Shown here piece after piece: positions 63,430 to 64,000 of a stretch of DNA of 64,000 nt. Every line of letters begins with the position of its first letter. Positions within the stretch are counted from its first letter, which is position 1. The translations under genes were made by a program, and so were the position numbers. Source of the stretch: a plasmid. The notes under the pieces are model-generated. The model was given only the letters and a program-made list of their open reading frames with translations, had not been told where the DNA came from and did no database searches. The stretch is from sequence record CP132210.1. One strand, given 5' to 3'.

Positions 63430-63987
63430 GTGGAGATGAACATTGGCAACTCAGGTACATTGGGTCGCTGGGTTACAGCTCGACACATGGCTCTTGCTGG
63501 GTACATCACAAAAATCATCATGATCGAGACAGGCCTGACCTACAAACAGGTCAGGCGGCTTTACCAGGACCTAGAGAGGGACGGATATTCTCTGGAACGA
63601 AAATCCAGAACGTTCCGTGGTGGTGCGACACTTATTCATAGTCACACATCCAAGATACAGGCTTCTCTTCTAATGCAGCTCTACTTCAATATTGGTGGGG
63701 AGGCAGTGTTGCGATCTGTGAACATCAAAGCCTTGAACAAGGCATTCAGAATGTATCACGCAATCCGCAAAGAAGTGCCCGGAATGAAAGGTGCCCGGTG
63801 GGCTCCATTCGATATTACTGATGCCTGGTGTCTTGCTTCGGAGTTGAGAAGCGGGGATGCGATGCTGGAGGTGTGCGATAATTGCAAGTGTACTTACTTC
63901 ACCTCTGTTAACCAAAGAACCTGCGTAGAATGTCCGTTTTGCAAGGAACAAGGAAAGAGTGGTGGTGGGGAGAAGGAGTGTGCTTGA
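63430..63987 (+). CDS. acaC: FlhC-like transcriptional activator (AcaC-type master activator of transfer genes), 185 aa
   Basis: N-terminal FlhC-like helix region and a C-terminal Cys cluster CDNCKC...CVECPFC (zinc ribbon). Confidence 0.65.
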   Translation: MEMNIGNSGTLGRWVTARHMALAGYITKIIMIETGLTYKQVRRLYQDLERDGYSLERKSRTFRGGATLIHSHTSKIQASLLMQLYFNIGGEAVLRSVNIKALNKAFRMYHAIRKEVPGMKGARWAPFDITDAWCLASELRSGDAMLEVCDNCKCTYFTSVNQRTCVECPFCKEQGKSGGGEKECA

Positions 63988-64000
63988 GTAGACTATGACA

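Overview
The window reads as a conjugative-plasmid backbone carrying two independent, heavily rearranged resistance insertions. The backbone resembles an IncC (A/C2)-type plasmid: a KfrA-like gene, a UvrD-like helicase, F-type traF-traH-traG, a Ner-like repressor and an FlhC-like (AcaC-type) activator. The IncC assignment is inferred from gene content and order only.

Insertion 1 (about 1464-33604, roughly 32 kb) is a Tn21-subfamily transposon flanked by 5-bp direct repeats AATAG.
- It interrupts a backbone ORF of about 478 aa.
- Ends and modules: a Tn1721/Tn501-type tnp end (IR, tnpA, tnpR, res) joined to a Tn21-type tnpM-IRi, and a mer-type IR at the other end.
- Class 1 integron A: intI1-dfrA14/5-like, with no 3'-CS, followed by a mobC fragment, a 123-bp inverted IRt end, and IS6100-mphR(A)-mrx-mph(A)-IS26.
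- A truncated Tn1721-type MCP gene plus IR, then deoR-blaSHV-12-IS26.
- A truncated resolvase, vapBC and orf183, ending in a Tn402-type IR placed tail-to-tail with IRi of integron B.
- Class 1 integron B: intI1-blaVIM-1-aacA4(L119S-like)-aphA15-aadA1-catB2-qacEdelta1-sul1-orf5-tniB(truncated)-tniA, with IS26 replacing IRt.
- A mer module: merD(truncated)-merA-merC-merP-merT-merR-IR.

Insertion 2 (about 35491-52598, roughly 17.1 kb) is a four-level nested structure. Each level keeps its own target-site duplication.
- Outermost: a roughly 290-bp Tn3-family IR-only mini-element (TSD AAGAG).
- Inside its IR: an IS5075/IS4321-type IS, 1327 bp.
- Inside that: an IS3-family IS (TSD CAA).
- Inside that: a 14.3-kb Tn3-family transposon (TSD AGATA).
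- The 14.3-kb transposon carries truncated arsR, IS26, qnrS1, a Tn3-like tnpR/res remnant, an ISKra4-family (ISKpn19-like) transposase, an IS91-family fragment, strB-strA-sul2, a P4-type integrase remnant, a Tn21 IRtnp split by a second IS5075, truncated Tn21 tnpA, and IS26.

Five IS26 copies are present and none has an 8-bp target duplication. I could not identify a clearly novel multi-gene system. The strongest candidates for follow-up are listed in the findings: the nested insertion, the reconstructed 478-aa backbone ORF, the Tus-like gene, the kfrA-orf92-helicase operon, a repeated 16-bp palindrome, and the tail-to-tail Tn402-type IR pair with an adjacent hairpin. Coordinates of repeat ends were counted by eye and may be off by 1-2 bp.
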